Source of the DNA: Candidatus Levyibacteriota bacterium
GTDB lineage: Bacteria; Patescibacteriota; Microgenomatia; Levybacterales; UBA12049
NCBI GenBank assembly: GCA_016199085.1
Contig: JACQHJ010000003.1
Span: 38,676-102,675, forward strand
Length of the DNA: 64,000 nt
Direction of reading: 5' to 3'
The position numbers and the translations under genes are program-made. Below the pieces are notes generated by a model, which saw nothing but the letters and a program-made list of their open reading frames with translations, did not search any database and was not told the origin of the DNA. Shown one piece after another: positions 1-9,781 of this stretch (within the stretch, counting starts at the first letter, position 1; each line of letters opens with the position of its first letter).

Positions 1-20
1 AAGGATATATTCTAACCCTT

Positions 21-689
21 ATGGCTCTTATCGGAACGACAATTACGCCCTGGGGACAGTTTTTTATTCAAGGCTACGTTGTGGATAAAAAGCTTACCAA
101 AGACGATTTAAAGATTGAAAGAGGAGACGTATTTTTTGGCAGCTTTATAACTAACCTGGTAGCTTTCTTTATCATTATAACTACAGCCGGTGCCTTATTT
201 GCCCATGGCATACAAATTTCTGATGCAAAAGACGCTGCCCTTGCCTTAAGACCATTCTTTGGAGAGTTTGCCACCATTCTTTTTGGCTTTGGGCTTTTAA
301 ATGCATCGCTTTTTGGAGCGGCAATTGTTCCTATCAGCACGTCTTATGTTATAACAGAAGCTTTCGGTATGGAATCAGGACTAAACTACAGCTTTAAACA
401 AGCTCCTGAGTTTTACGGACTTTTTGCAATATCCTTGGTTTTAGGCGGACTTTTTGTAATCTTGCCATTCTTCCCGCTTCTGACAATCTTGGTTGTCTCC
501 CAAGCTATTAATGCGGTTTTACTTATTCCTATTTTTATATTCCTCTATTTGCTTTCAAATGACAAAAAAATCTTGGGTGAATACGCAAGCAATAAGGTTA
601 TGAATATAATAGTACTTCTAGCCTTAATGGCTATTTCCGCAACCGCTCTTATCTTTGTTGCAACAACTATTTTTCCAAACATCTTCTAG
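21..689 (+). CDS. NRAMP-family divalent metal transporter (5'-truncated by window edge)
   Basis: Multi-TM ORF with ALIGTTITPW and SQAIN motifs typical of NRAMP/MntH-like proteins; frame is open to the window start. Confidence 0.8.
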   Translation: MALIGTTITPWGQFFIQGYVVDKKLTKDDLKIERGDVFFGSFITNLVAFFIIITTAGALFAHGIQISDAKDAALALRPFFGEFATILFGFGLLNASLFGAAIVPISTSYVITEAFGMESGLNYSFKQAPEFYGLFAISLVLGGLFVILPFFPLLTILVVSQAINAVLLIPIFIFLYLLSNDKKILGEYASNKVMNIIVLLALMAISATALIFVATTIFPNIF

Positions 690-2995
690 AGGAGAAACAT
701 TCGAAGGGTATTTAGCCTAATCTTAAAAGGCACACCGGAAGCAAAAAGTTCTGCAATATACTGTCTTTTTCTAATAACTCTTAAGCTGCTGTATGCAGCA
801 ATTACTGCAACTAAAAGCAGAAATAACATTTGTTCTCTGGTTTGTCCTGCAGTAACTTTATCAAAGTTTTTAGAACCTAAAACCTCCGGTGGGTTTTGAG
901 TATTTGTAGAAAGAGTTGCCAGAGTAGTTTTACCAAAGATCTTAAAATTACTTTGAGCTTGTCCTGAAACCATGTGACCATCTGGGCCAACGTTTCCCTC
1001 TGCGAGTGCTACTGCAAAATATTCGCCCGGGAGCGCATTCTTGGAAAGCACTAAGCCTGTTGAAAGCTTTACAGATCTTCCGCCTGGTATGTCACCAATT
1101 TCAAACAAACCTCCTCCCATATTGACTCCGTCTTTAACTAAGAATAGCTTTAGTTTTGTTCCATAAACCTTTCCAGTTCCAAAGTTTTTTATTTTTACAA
1201 AAAATGTTACAGTATCTCCCGGATACACATATTCTCCTACGTTATTTGCTTGCTCAACGGAAAGTAATCCTCCCTCTTCCTGCTTTTGATCACCTTCGTT
1301 ATTTTCACCATCATTTTTACTTGTTAATTGCTCAGTTGTTTGTTCTTCTTCACTCTCTTTATTCAAGGCATCAAACTCTGCTTTTCCCCCAATATCTCCG
1401 GTCCAATCACCAAAAATATTTAAAAAACCAAAAAAACCTACCGAGTTTATAAAATTGGCATTTACAAAATTAATAAGTGAAACAGCGCTGAATGCATTCC
1501 CTGTATTTATATTTCCGTTTCCATTAATAGTGTTTGACCCACTGTTTGCAAGAGAGGTAACGTTATTTTCAACATAGGCACTGTTATAGATGCTTAAATC
1601 TCCGACACACGTTGAGCACCCACCAGATCCAGCAGGTAGAAAACCTCCTAAGGAGAAGAACATTAGACTTGAACCTCCAAGCTGGGCTGCTAGTCCGTTC
1701 CAGCCTATAAAGTTTCCAATCCAATTTCCCAAAAGATTGATAAACAATCCATATATACTTGTGTTGACAAAATTGGCATTAATTAAATTGAGGTTATTGA
1801 CAATAGAAGCAGCATCTCCGCTAACAATACTTCCATTACCATTAATTGTGTTTTCCCCGCTGTTTGCAGCTGAGTCAACGTTATTTACAACAGTGGCGCT
1901 ATTTGTTGCAACCAAAGACATCCCGCAATCACTGCAAGAAGCAGGTGTAAAATCAGGCAAGATTATGTTGCCGTTAAGCTTTCCGAAAACATTTATGGAA
2001 ACAATATGGATTACAGAATTTACAACCGTAAAGTTAACTTTGTTTAAAAGAGAAACTATGGAATATGCATCACCGCTGTTAATGATTGCCTCAACGCCTG
2101 ATACTCCACCGTTTATCGTGTTTCCTCCTGTATTTGCATAGGAAACTACATTGTTGGAAACAAAAGCATAGTTTTGTAGATTTGTAAAAGAAACGTTTAT
2201 TATTTCATCATCAGGGTGTTGTTGAATCATTTGCGATGCAACTTGAAACGGATCAGAAAGGTTTAAGTTTCCGCTTTCATCCACAAAAATATTTATTGTT
2301 TGATAGACAACTTGGGAATTAACAGAGTTTGTGTTAACAGAATTGTCTACTACTGTTTCAGAAAGTGCATCCCCGCTGTCAATTTCTCCACCACCTGCAT
2401 TTTCTACAGGACAAGAGTTATTGTTGTCATCAACTAGAGGCGTTGCCGAAGGGGTTGCAATCTTATTCTCTCCAGTATTACTGTCTGAATTAATATCGTT
2501 TTCTACATCTCCTTCATTGGCAAGACTTATGGAGTTAGAATTTGAATTATCATTGTTATTACTATTCGAGTTTTCTGTTTGATTATCTGTACTTTCCAGT
2601 TCTGCAGACTCCGTAGCTTGTTCCTCTTGGGGTGTGGGATCAGGAGTTGGGGAAACTTCCTCAGTTGTTGACTGCTCGGTTGGTGATTGTTCATCTGTTG
2701 CATCTTGCGTAGAATCATCTGTTGAATCTGTATTTTCCTCTGGAACAGGAGTTGGATTAATAGTATTATCCCCTGTATCAGATGTTGTTTGTACATCATT
2801 TTCAACTGTACCATCGTTAGTTTCTGTTGTTGCAGAAGTTTCAGAAGTTGGTGTTTCTTCTGTTACAGTTGGCTGTGGGTCCGGTGGTGTTTCATCTGCA
2901 AATACGACAGCAGGTATAACGCTTTGATATAGCATCAAAAATACTATTAAAAGTATTGCCAAACATTTTTTAAATTTTTCTATTTTCCCTGTCAT
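686..2995 (-). CDS. Large secreted/surface protein with N/S/G/T-rich repeats, Ig-like (DUF11-like) domain and C-terminal membrane anchor
   Basis: Signal peptide (VVFA), acidic P/T linker, repeats of VxNxVxSxANxGxN and SGDAxS...NxN, PGDTVTFFVKIKNFG Ig-like strand, VLG motif then TM helix with basic tail. Confidence 0.75.
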   Translation of the reverse strand: MTGKIEKFKKCLAILLIVFLMLYQSVIPAVVFADETPPDPQPTVTEETPTSETSATTETNDGTVENDVQTTSDTGDNTINPTPVPEENTDSTDDSTQDATDEQSPTEQSTTEEVSPTPDPTPQEEQATESAELESTDNQTENSNSNNNDNSNSNSISLANEGDVENDINSDSNTGENKIATPSATPLVDDNNNSCPVENAGGGEIDSGDALSETVVDNSVNTNSVNSQVVYQTINIFVDESGNLNLSDPFQVASQMIQQHPDDEIINVSFTNLQNYAFVSNNVVSYANTGGNTINGGVSGVEAIINSGDAYSIVSLLNKVNFTVVNSVIHIVSINVFGKLNGNIILPDFTPASCSDCGMSLVATNSATVVNNVDSAANSGENTINGNGSIVSGDAASIVNNLNLINANFVNTSIYGLFINLLGNWIGNFIGWNGLAAQLGGSSLMFFSLGGFLPAGSGGCSTCVGDLSIYNSAYVENNVTSLANSGSNTINGNGNINTGNAFSAVSLINFVNANFINSVGFFGFLNIFGDWTGDIGGKAEFDALNKESEEEQTTEQLTSKNDGENNEGDQKQEEGGLLSVEQANNVGEYVYPGDTVTFFVKIKNFGTGKVYGTKLKLFLVKDGVNMGGGLFEIGDIPGGRSVKLSTGLVLSKNALPGEYFAVALAEGNVGPDGHMVSGQAQSNFKIFGKTTLATLSTNTQNPPEVLGSKNFDKVTAGQTREQMLFLLLVAVIAAYSSLRVIRKRQYIAELFASGVPFKIRLNTLRMFLL

Positions 2996-3039
2996 ATTTT
3001 TTACCTTTCATTTTTCCTTTATTTTTATTTCCTTTCCTC

Positions 3040-3084
3040 TGTCCAGGGGGAGAGCCCTAAAGTTTGTTGCCCTCCCCAAGGACA
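3040..3084 (-). terminator. GC-rich intergenic stem-loop (mRNA stabiliser/partial terminator)
   Basis: GTCC..GGGGAGGGC / GCTCTCCCC..GGAC imperfect hairpin between the 163-aa and 769-aa genes. Confidence 0.55.
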
Positions 3085-3096
3085 AAAAGAAATACT

Positions 3097-3588
3097 TTAG
3101 TTGGGACCAACCTGGTTGTAGTTGACTATACTGTCAACGACTGACACAGAGCTTGCTACTCCAGTTTTTGTACCCTGAAGTAGAACTAAACCTCCAGCGT
3201 TAAGGTTCCCACCTGTGTTTGCATTGGTGTGAACATGGTTGTAAACAAATCCGACATTTCTCTGTTCAATGTCCCCATTTGAAACTCCCAAGTTTACGGC
3301 ACTACCCGCACATCCACAAGTTACTAAATTTGTATTTAGTTGTGTTGAAACTAGTGATGCAGATGATGCGCTTCCGCTATTGATTCCTTGAACACCCGCT
3401 GCGAGAGCGAAGTTAGCGTTTCTTCCGCTGTTTGCACTGGTGTGAACACTGTTTACCACACCTCCAAAGTTGGATTGTTCAATGTCTCCATTTCCAACTC
3501 CAACATTGACTGTTAAAGCTAAGGCAGGAACTGCAGATCCAAATAGTAAAGCTGCTGTTGCTCCTGCTACTGCTAATCTTTTAAACAT
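3097..3588 (-). CDS. Small secreted protein with two imperfect G/N/S/V-rich repeats (candidate fibre/amyloid-like subunit)
   Basis: Signal peptide (ALA); duplicated VNxGVxNGDIEQxNxGxVxNxVHTxANxGxN unit; CGC linker; strong SD GAAAGGAGGTGA. Confidence 0.75.
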   Translation of the reverse strand: MFKRLAVAGATAALLFGSAVPALALTVNVGVGNGDIEQSNFGGVVNSVHTSANSGRNANFALAAGVQGINSGSASSASLVSTQLNTNLVTCGCAGSAVNLGVSNGDIEQRNVGFVYNHVHTNANTGGNLNAGGLVLLQGTKTGVASSVSVVDSIVNYNQVGPN

Positions 3589-3785
3589 TTATATTCACCT
3601 CCTTTCATTTGGGATTATCAATCATTAAATTTAGAGATTGATTGCAACCTGAGGAAAAATTTGAAGAAAATAATTTATCCATAACCTGCCTACGCATCCT
3701 ATAACTTTTTTGAACATTATATGTTACAAAGATTTTTAAACCTTTTTTTATTGATAAGCTAAGGTTTTTAATCATTAATACAAAC

Positions 3786-3881
3786 AAAAAAGGCACCTTT
3801 AATTAATCTTTATTAATTAAGGCGCCTCCGTTTACGGTCAGCGAATATCTATTTTTATAATAATTTCACAAAATTTGTCAA
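3786..3881 (-). promoter_or_regulatory. Promoter plus leader with intrinsic terminator (attenuator)
   Basis: TTGACA(3876-3881)-16-TATAAA(3854-3859); leader CUGA-CCGUAAACGG-A followed by GGCGCC..GGUGCC hairpin and U-tract. Confidence 0.6.
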
Positions 3882-3895
3882 GATATCAATTTAAT

Positions 3896-4063
3896 TTACT
3901 TGGCATTATTAGGCTTCTTTATGTTTTTTTCTGTAATTTGGGTTACTTTAAAATCCTGAATAAAAATTTCTACGCTTCCCCAACCCTTAACGCTTTGGAT
4001 AGAAGATAAAACCTCTTGTTTTAGTTTATCCGATAAGTTCTTTGTGGAATATTGATTAGCCAT
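3896..4063 (-). CDS. DUF2292/YezD-like small protein (55 aa, absent from ORF track)
   Basis: Manual translation MANQYSTKNLSDKLKQEVLSSIQSVKGWGSVEIFIQDFKVTQITEKNIKKPNNAK; GSVEIxIxDxKVTQI matches the DUF2292 pattern. Confidence 0.7.
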   Translation of the reverse strand: MANQYSTKNLSDKLKQEVLSSIQSVKGWGSVEIFIQDFKVTQITEKNIKKPNNAK

Positions 4064-4095
4064 AAAAAAAATCCGCTTAGGGCAGATTCGATTGA

Positions 4096-4124
4096 AATAT
4101 AAACCTTTTCGATAGGTTTGTCAA
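4096..4124 (-). promoter_or_regulatory. Sigma70 promoter with palindromic operator in the spacer
   Basis: TTGACA-17bp-TATATT; AAACCT-N7-AGGTTT inverted repeat spans the spacer. Confidence 0.65.
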
Positions 4125-4143
4125 GGATAACAATGCTGTAAAA

Positions 4144-4184
4144 TAAAACCAACTCTCTTGAATTCTAATTGAGAGTTGGTTTTA
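4144..4184. terminator. Intrinsic terminator
   Basis: 14-bp inverted repeat TAAAACCAACTCTC / GAGAGTTGGTTTTA. Confidence 0.7.
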
Positions 4185-4251
4185 AGAATTGCAATTACAG
4201 GATATTTCCTGAATCTTACGGTAAGACATCTATTTGATTTAGCCCTATATT

Positions 4252-4755
4252 TTAATGAGAAAAATATGCACCATACCCATTAGGTGTCGCATTGGCAAAC
4301 CAGAAATGTCCAGGACCCAAGCTTGGATCCATACCTTGATCCATTAATACTGCAAATTGTCCCCAAATGCAGTACCCACCATTTGGTAATGGTGTGTAAT
4401 CTGCTCCGCAAGAACCAACCCAAACAATTTTATAGTGCCAGATGGAACCAGATCCACCCTTTTTACCATTCCACTCATTGTCAGTCCAAGCGTTATAAGG
4501 TGGATTGCTCCAGTTTTCATCATTTCCCCTATCCCATTCGGCGTTCCATTTCATTACAAGTTTATCAGGGGAATAGATTCCCACGCAATTTGCTGCTTGA
4601 CCACCTGCTAGACACCAGCTTGAACCTGTTCCGTTAAAAATTCTGGCTGTATCATTATAACCATATTGGTCAAAACCACCTGCTGCAAAAGCGGACGAAG
4701 CAAAAAGTAAAATTGCAATAGACAAGATTCCAAATAGAGAAAGTTTCTTAAACAT
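4252..4755 (-). CDS. Secreted Trp/Gly/Cys-rich hypothetical protein
   Basis: Signal peptide (AFA), GFDQYGYN start, four Cys; strong SD GGAAGGAGGTGA. Confidence 0.7.
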   Translation of the reverse strand: MFKKLSLFGILSIAILLFASSAFAAGGFDQYGYNDTARIFNGTGSSWCLAGGQAANCVGIYSPDKLVMKWNAEWDRGNDENWSNPPYNAWTDNEWNGKKGGSGSIWHYKIVWVGSCGADYTPLPNGGYCIWGQFAVLMDQGMDPSLGPGHFWFANATPNGYGAYFSH

Positions 4756-4774
4756 TTATTTCACCTCCTTCCAT

Positions 4775-5182
4775 TTATAAATTATTAAATATTCTTTTTA
4801 TAAGATTACTTAAAGTTTCAATAAAACTTTGAATAAAAGATTTCTTGGATAAATTTTCTTTTTGATCATCAACATCAGGCGTAGGAGTTGCTGAATGTGT
4901 AGCAGATTTTGTTGGAGTTGGCTTAACATTAGAAGAATTATCGGAATTAGACTCAACTTTTAATTCGTAAGTTCCGGGACTATCTGCATCCAAGACTTTC
5001 TTCTCCCCATTTGCCTCCACTTCTATATGAGTTTGTACGCTTCCATTTCCCTGAATATTTGTTTCAACTTTAGAATATGAAGAAGCATCACCAGTTTGGA
5101 TATACTGAGAAAAAACCCCAGGTGTAACTAAGAGAAAGAGTAATGAAAAGAAAAGTGTGGTTATTAACGCCCGCCTTTTCAT
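4775..5182 (-). CDS. Secreted hypothetical protein with a single TGDAxS repeat and P/T linker
   Basis: Signal peptide; IQTGDASSYSKVETN; amphipathic C-terminus. Confidence 0.65.
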   Translation of the reverse strand: MKRRALITTLFFSLLFLLVTPGVFSQYIQTGDASSYSKVETNIQGNGSVQTHIEVEANGEKKVLDADSPGTYELKVESNSDNSSNVKPTPTKSATHSATPTPDVDDQKENLSKKSFIQSFIETLSNLIKRIFNNL

Positions 5183-5221
5183 ATGTTACTTTTTACTCCA
5201 ATATCAAATTTTTGTCAAATT

Positions 5222-5824
5222 TTAGCCTGAAGGGACTGCTGTTACAATTAATCTTTTTTCATCATAAAAACCACTACAGGTATATAGAGTCAGGGTCTCA
5301 TCTTTGGTAGGCTTAATAACTTCAATATTATTTGGATAAACTGCTGTTATTTTATTTACTTTATACCTAAACCATTTATCTTTTGTAAACACATAGATTG
5401 TGTCTCCGAGTTTTACATCTTTTAAGTTTAAAAATAAACCTTCCCTTGCATGCGCAAAAATAACGGTGTTTGACTTATTCCTTGGATTTCCGCTTCCTAA
5501 TCCATAAGAGGCTGTAGTTTCAGAAAGTTCCCAATATCCCTTAACTACTTTTGAGGGAGTTACTTTTAAGTCAATATCTGCCTTTGGGATAAGAATTCTC
5601 ACGGGAATATTTTTGGTTTCTTTTGATTCTAAAAGCTTTTCATTTATAACAATTGGGCTTTTTTCTAAGTTTTTTGAAATTGGAAGTTTATAAGTTAAAA
5701 CAATAAGTGAGGAAAGGATCAGTAAAAGACCCACTAGTTTATATAACAATGGGTGTGAAAAAATATTTTTCTTTGCCTTTTGAAGTTTTTTCAAAAAGGA
5801 GAATCTTTTCTTTGCCTTAGGCAT
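5222..5824 (-). CDS. Sortase
   Basis: N-terminal TM; catalytic His (IFAHAR), TLTLYTC, Arg (KRLIV). Confidence 0.9.
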   Translation of the reverse strand: MPKAKKRFSFLKKLQKAKKNIFSHPLLYKLVGLLLILSSLIVLTYKLPISKNLEKSPIVINEKLLESKETKNIPVRILIPKADIDLKVTPSKVVKGYWELSETTASYGLGSGNPRNKSNTVIFAHAREGLFLNLKDVKLGDTIYVFTKDKWFRYKVNKITAVYPNNIEVIKPTKDETLTLYTCSGFYDEKRLIVTAVPSG

Positions 5825-6284
5825 GTTTTTTGAAAAGTTTAAGACCTAAAATGCTTAAGGAAAGTGCTGCCAGAAGTTGTCCAAATTCAATAAGCATATT
5901 ATTACCGGATCCTGCTGCTGAAAGCCCAAGTACCGCTTGCGTAGGTCCTGATGGAGCACTTGCTCCTCCGTCTGATCTTCCATCGCCTGGTCCTCCACCA
6001 TTTCCACCTCCACCTGGAGTTGTAGTGGGAGTAGGGGTTGGTGCTCCTGTTGTTGGAGTTGGTGTAGGAGTTTCTTGTCCCGGAGTAGGAGTGACTGACG
6101 GCTGTGGTGTGGGAGTACAATCGCAATCTTTTATATTTGTATTTAGCTGGGTCTCTACAACCGTTGTGCTTGTCGCATCTCCTGTAGTTGTTTGCTGATT
6201 CCCTTGGGCAAAAACATCATGGGAAATAAAGGTGAATAAGGAAAGAGCAAAAACTAATATAAATATTTGTGATAAATTCTTCAT
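5817..6284 (-). CDS. Probable sortase substrate (cell-wall anchored protein)
   Basis: Signal peptide; TTGDATS..TQLNTN-CDC; PT repeats; VLGLSAAG LPxTG-like motif then TM and basic tail; adjacent to sortase; start taken at MKNLSQ. Confidence 0.7.
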   Translation of the reverse strand: MKNLSQIFILVFALSLFTFISHDVFAQGNQQTTTGDATSTTVVETQLNTNIKDCDCTPTPQPSVTPTPGQETPTPTPTTGAPTPTPTTTPGGGGNGGGPGDGRSDGGASAPSGPTQAVLGLSAAGSGNNMLIEFGQLLAALSLSILGLKLFKKHA

Positions 6285-6330
6285 TTTTAGATTGAGGCAG
6301 TTGAGGCAGTAAGTTTGGCAATTATATGAC

Positions 6331-7479
6331 TTATAAACTAGCTTTGTCAACTGCTAATTTATTAACGTTTATTCCAACGGCTTGTTTCACATTTTTATAC
6401 CCATCTTTTTTTAACAAACCTATCAGTTCCGAGTTAATAAGTGCCGCAGCAGCCGGTCCTTCAAAAATTAATCCTGTAATAAATTGCACAAGAGATGCTC
6501 CCAGTTTTATTTTGTGATATGCGTCTTGCCCGTTAAATACTCCACCGCAGCCAATGATAATTAATTTATCTTTGTAGTTTTTATATGCAAGTTCAATAAG
6601 ACGATTTGAGTCTTCCCAGGTCGGCTTTCCACTGAAATTTCCCACAGGATATTTCGCAGTTTCATTTTTGTCCAAAGTTTTATTATTTCTGTTTTTCTGA
6701 AGGTTTCCAAAAATTACACCATCCATTTTGTTTTTGGAAATAACGTCAAGCAAAGACAGCGCTTCTTTGTCGTTTTTATCAATCGGCATTTTGACAAAAA
6801 TTGGTTTTTTAATATTTAAAGCTTTAATCTTTGTTAAAAGCTCGTCAAGTTTATCAGGATCATAAAAAGTAACCTTTGTATTTAGGTTTGGGCAACTGAT
6901 ATTTAATTCGTAATATTTTGTTTTTAAATCGAATTCTTCGGCTTTTTTAAATGCCGTAACAATATCTTCTACCGCGCTTTCCTGAGTAAACTTTCCCGTA
7001 TTTGTTTGCCCAATGCTAATACCGATTGGAATTTGGAAGTTATAATTTTTAAGCTTATTGCCTACTGCATCAATTCCGTTATTTTTAAATCCTTTGTTAA
7101 CCATTAAGGATTTTGATTTCAAAAGCCTCGCAAGCCTTGGTTTTGGGTTTCCTTCAAAGGCATGGTTTGTAATAGTTCCAACTGTTCCAAAACCAAAACC
7201 TATTGATGGAAGAATCTGCGTAAGAGAGGCGGTATAATCAAATCCTGCAGCAAGACCTATTGGATTTTCAAAAGTTATTCCTTTTATGTTTTGCGAAAGA
7301 ATCGGAGATTTAATATTAAAAATAAAAAAAGCTAGCTTTCTGGTAAGCAGGGTTTTCCCTAAAATCTCTCCATATCTTACTAAAAGATTATGGATTAATT
7401 CGCTGTTAAATAGAAAAATTACCTTAGTTAAAAGATGTTTATAAATATAGTTATAAAACCTAAGCCAGTATTTTTTCAT
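6331..7479 (-). CDS. pyrD: Dihydroorotate dehydrogenase (class 2)
   Basis: NPIGLAAGFD, ELNISCPN, SGKP and GCGGV motifs. Confidence 0.9.
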   Translation of the reverse strand: MKKYWLRFYNYIYKHLLTKVIFLFNSELIHNLLVRYGEILGKTLLTRKLAFFIFNIKSPILSQNIKGITFENPIGLAAGFDYTASLTQILPSIGFGFGTVGTITNHAFEGNPKPRLARLLKSKSLMVNKGFKNNGIDAVGNKLKNYNFQIPIGISIGQTNTGKFTQESAVEDIVTAFKKAEEFDLKTKYYELNISCPNLNTKVTFYDPDKLDELLTKIKALNIKKPIFVKMPIDKNDKEALSLLDVISKNKMDGVIFGNLQKNRNNKTLDKNETAKYPVGNFSGKPTWEDSNRLIELAYKNYKDKLIIIGCGGVFNGQDAYHKIKLGASLVQFITGLIFEGPAAAALINSELIGLLKKDGYKNVKQAVGINVNKLAVDKASL

Positions 7480-7890
7480 TTAAACTTTTGGGGCAGGCTC
7501 TTTCTTAAAATCCAGGGCGCAAGAATTTATACAATATCTAAGACCCGTTGTTTCCTTGGGACCATCATTGAATAAATGTCCCAAATGCGATCCGCAATTT
7601 TTACAAACTACCTCAGTCCTTTTCATACCATAGCTTTCGTCATCTTGTAAAAGAATATTTTCCCTGTTAACTGGATTATCAAAGCTTGGCCATCCTGTTC
7701 CTGAATCAAATTTTGTTTCCGAAGAAAAAAGAGACTGTCCACAAGCTGCACAAATATACATTCCGGTTTCATGGTTGTCGTAAAGGTTTCCACTAAAAGC
7801 AGGTTCAGTTCCTTTTTCTCTTAAGACATGGTAAGCTTTAGGCGTAAGCTTTTTCCTCCAGTCTTCTTCTGACATGATTTTGGGGTTCAT
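7480..7890 (-). CDS. msrB: Peptide methionine sulfoxide reductase B
   Basis: [29 protein letters not shown]. Confidence 0.97.
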   Translation of the reverse strand: MNPKIMSEEDWRKKLTPKAYHVLREKGTEPAFSGNLYDNHETGMYICAACGQSLFSSETKFDSGTGWPSFDNPVNRENILLQDDESYGMKRTEVVCKNCGSHLGHLFNDGPKETTGLRYCINSCALDFKKEPAPKV

Positions 7891-7906
7891 ATGTGTATTA
7901 TACCAA

Positions 7907-8938
7907 TCATGACAATTTTTTAAAAATTTTAATCTTATTTAAAACAAAAACTATAAATATTGAAGGAAAGAATATCACTACAAATTGAAGTACCGGATTT
8001 TGCAGAATTACGTTTTGTTTTGCTAAAACTAAAACCAGATCCAAAATTATAAAATGGATAAAAAAGATAGCGTAAGAATTTTTACTTATATATAAGTACA
8101 TTTGCTTTAGAACTGCATTTTGCCAAAACCTTAGCTTTCCTATTAACAGAGAAAAACAGGTTAAAGAAAGTCCAAAAAACAAATAGTAAAAATCTGGAGG
8201 ATATTTATGATCATAAAAGTTTAACGATTTACCAAACTTCATGTTTAGAAAATAAAATCCTAAATATAAAAGAAAGAATATTAAGCCAAATATGAAATAT
8301 CTCTTATTTGTCATGAATCCGTTTTCATCATGTTTTCCTTTTAAAGATATAAAAATTGAAAATATTAAAACCAATGACCAGGGAGCTAACATTGTAAAAC
8401 GGTATAAGGAATATGGTGAACCATAAAAAGTAAAAAATAGAGTTATAAAACCAGATAATAAAAGATAACCAGTCATAAACCATTTATTCTTGAAGAAATT
8501 TATAAAGATTGGGAAAAGTAACGTTAGCTCGACAAACAATATTACAAGAAAGTTGTAATTTGTTCCCCCTATTAAAAGTGCCGATTTTGCAATATAGGAG
8601 AGGTCTCTCGAAAGACCCAAGCCTGCAAATAGATTTGGAAAAAGAGTCCAAGGCCCCAAATGAACACCAAGATAAATATAGAAAGGTACTAGAAGCCTTA
8701 TTAATCTTTTCTTGTACCAGGTAAAAGTATTAGATATAGATGTAAATGCATTCTCATAGATTGAGGCGAGAACAAAACCTGAAGCAAAAACAAAAGATAT
8801 TACAAAAAATTGAAGATTGTTCCAAAGAAAAATATTAAAGGGATTTGTGAGACTTCGTGTAAGGATGTGAATTAGAATGACTGCAATAATTCCGAAAGCT
8901 CGCAGAATATCTACCTCGTCAAATCTTTTTCTCTCCAC
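7907..8938 (-). CDS. Acyltransferase family 3 membrane protein
   Basis: [36 protein letters not shown]. Confidence 0.85.
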   Translation of the reverse strand: MERKRFDEVDILRAFGIIAVILIHILTRSLTNPFNIFLWNNLQFFVISFVFASGFVLASIYENAFTSISNTFTWYKKRLIRLLVPFYIYLGVHLGPWTLFPNLFAGLGLSRDLSYIAKSALLIGGTNYNFLVILFVELTLLFPIFINFFKNKWFMTGYLLLSGFITLFFTFYGSPYSLYRFTMLAPWSLVLIFSIFISLKGKHDENGFMTNKRYFIFGLIFFLLYLGFYFLNMKFGKSLNFYDHKYPPDFYYLFFGLSLTCFSLLIGKLRFWQNAVLKQMYLYISKNSYAIFFIHFIILDLVLVLAKQNVILQNPVLQFVVIFFPSIFIVFVLNKIKIFKKLS

Positions 8939-8952
8939 ATTTTTATTATACG

Positions 8953-9744
8953 CTATGATCCTGAAATAGCATATCTTGGATAATCAACTACATATACACC
9001 AAGTATTGCTCTTTCTCTGGCAGCATTTCCGAAAGGCAAAGTTAATGTTCTTGACTGTAAGGCACTTTTTCCATTATCTTTTGCAATTTGAGGTTGCATG
9101 GGATTAACTTGCACTTGGTCTTTATCATAAACGACAAGAGCAGGATGGATTAAAACTCTTTGTTCTGGATTAACCCTTGCTCTTGCATGAGAGGCTTTCC
9201 CGTACATTTCAGGAATAGACATTAAATTCTGGTCTGCAAGAGAGACACCGCTCCTTGTAACATCAACGACTGCTGGAGTTGGAGTGTCGGAAACCGTGGG
9301 AGAAGCAAGCCTCCAGACGGGTTTAACGTCATAAGATGGCCTGCCGTCTGATTCGGGTACTTCAATTCTTGGGCCAACAGAACAGGCAACACCCTGCAAT
9401 ACTATTTCTCTTCCTCTAAAATCTGGCTCGAGAGCTTTTAATAAGGGCGTCATTGCGGCAAACCTTGTTATCCTGTCCAGATCACGAGTTAAATTCGTCC
9501 CTTCACATGGACGACCCACTCGCAAAAAATATCTGTATCTTTCATCTGAGGGCATCTGGGCACCTACATATCTAACCCTTGAGCCCTGAATTGAAGCTAT
9601 AAATCTATCCGAAGGAGCTTGGAAATATCTTGCAAGAATTTCCCCATCAGAAACGACATGGGTATCCTTTCCTAAAAGCCTATTAAGCAAACTCTTTCTT
9701 GCAGGTCCTGTTGCTAGGCTAACACCATTTTCAGTCTTTGTCAT
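8953..9744 (-). CDS. Hypothetical protein
   Basis: 263-aa ORF with a -10 box just upstream; no recognisable motif. Confidence 0.55.
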   Translation of the reverse strand: MTKTENGVSLATGPARKSLLNRLLGKDTHVVSDGEILARYFQAPSDRFIASIQGSRVRYVGAQMPSDERYRYFLRVGRPCEGTNLTRDLDRITRFAAMTPLLKALEPDFRGREIVLQGVACSVGPRIEVPESDGRPSYDVKPVWRLASPTVSDTPTPAVVDVTRSGVSLADQNLMSIPEMYGKASHARARVNPEQRVLIHPALVVYDKDQVQVNPMQPQIAKDNGKSALQSRTLTLPFGNAARERAILGVYVVDYPRYAISGS

Positions 9745-9781
9745 ATCGGGTATTTTACATTATCCTATAGCCATTATCAAG

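Noticed and set aside
3605-3796. 63-aa ORF upstream of the 163-aa gene
   Set aside because: It starts inside the terminator and has no recognisable features; more likely leader sequence, though a shorter peptide is possible.
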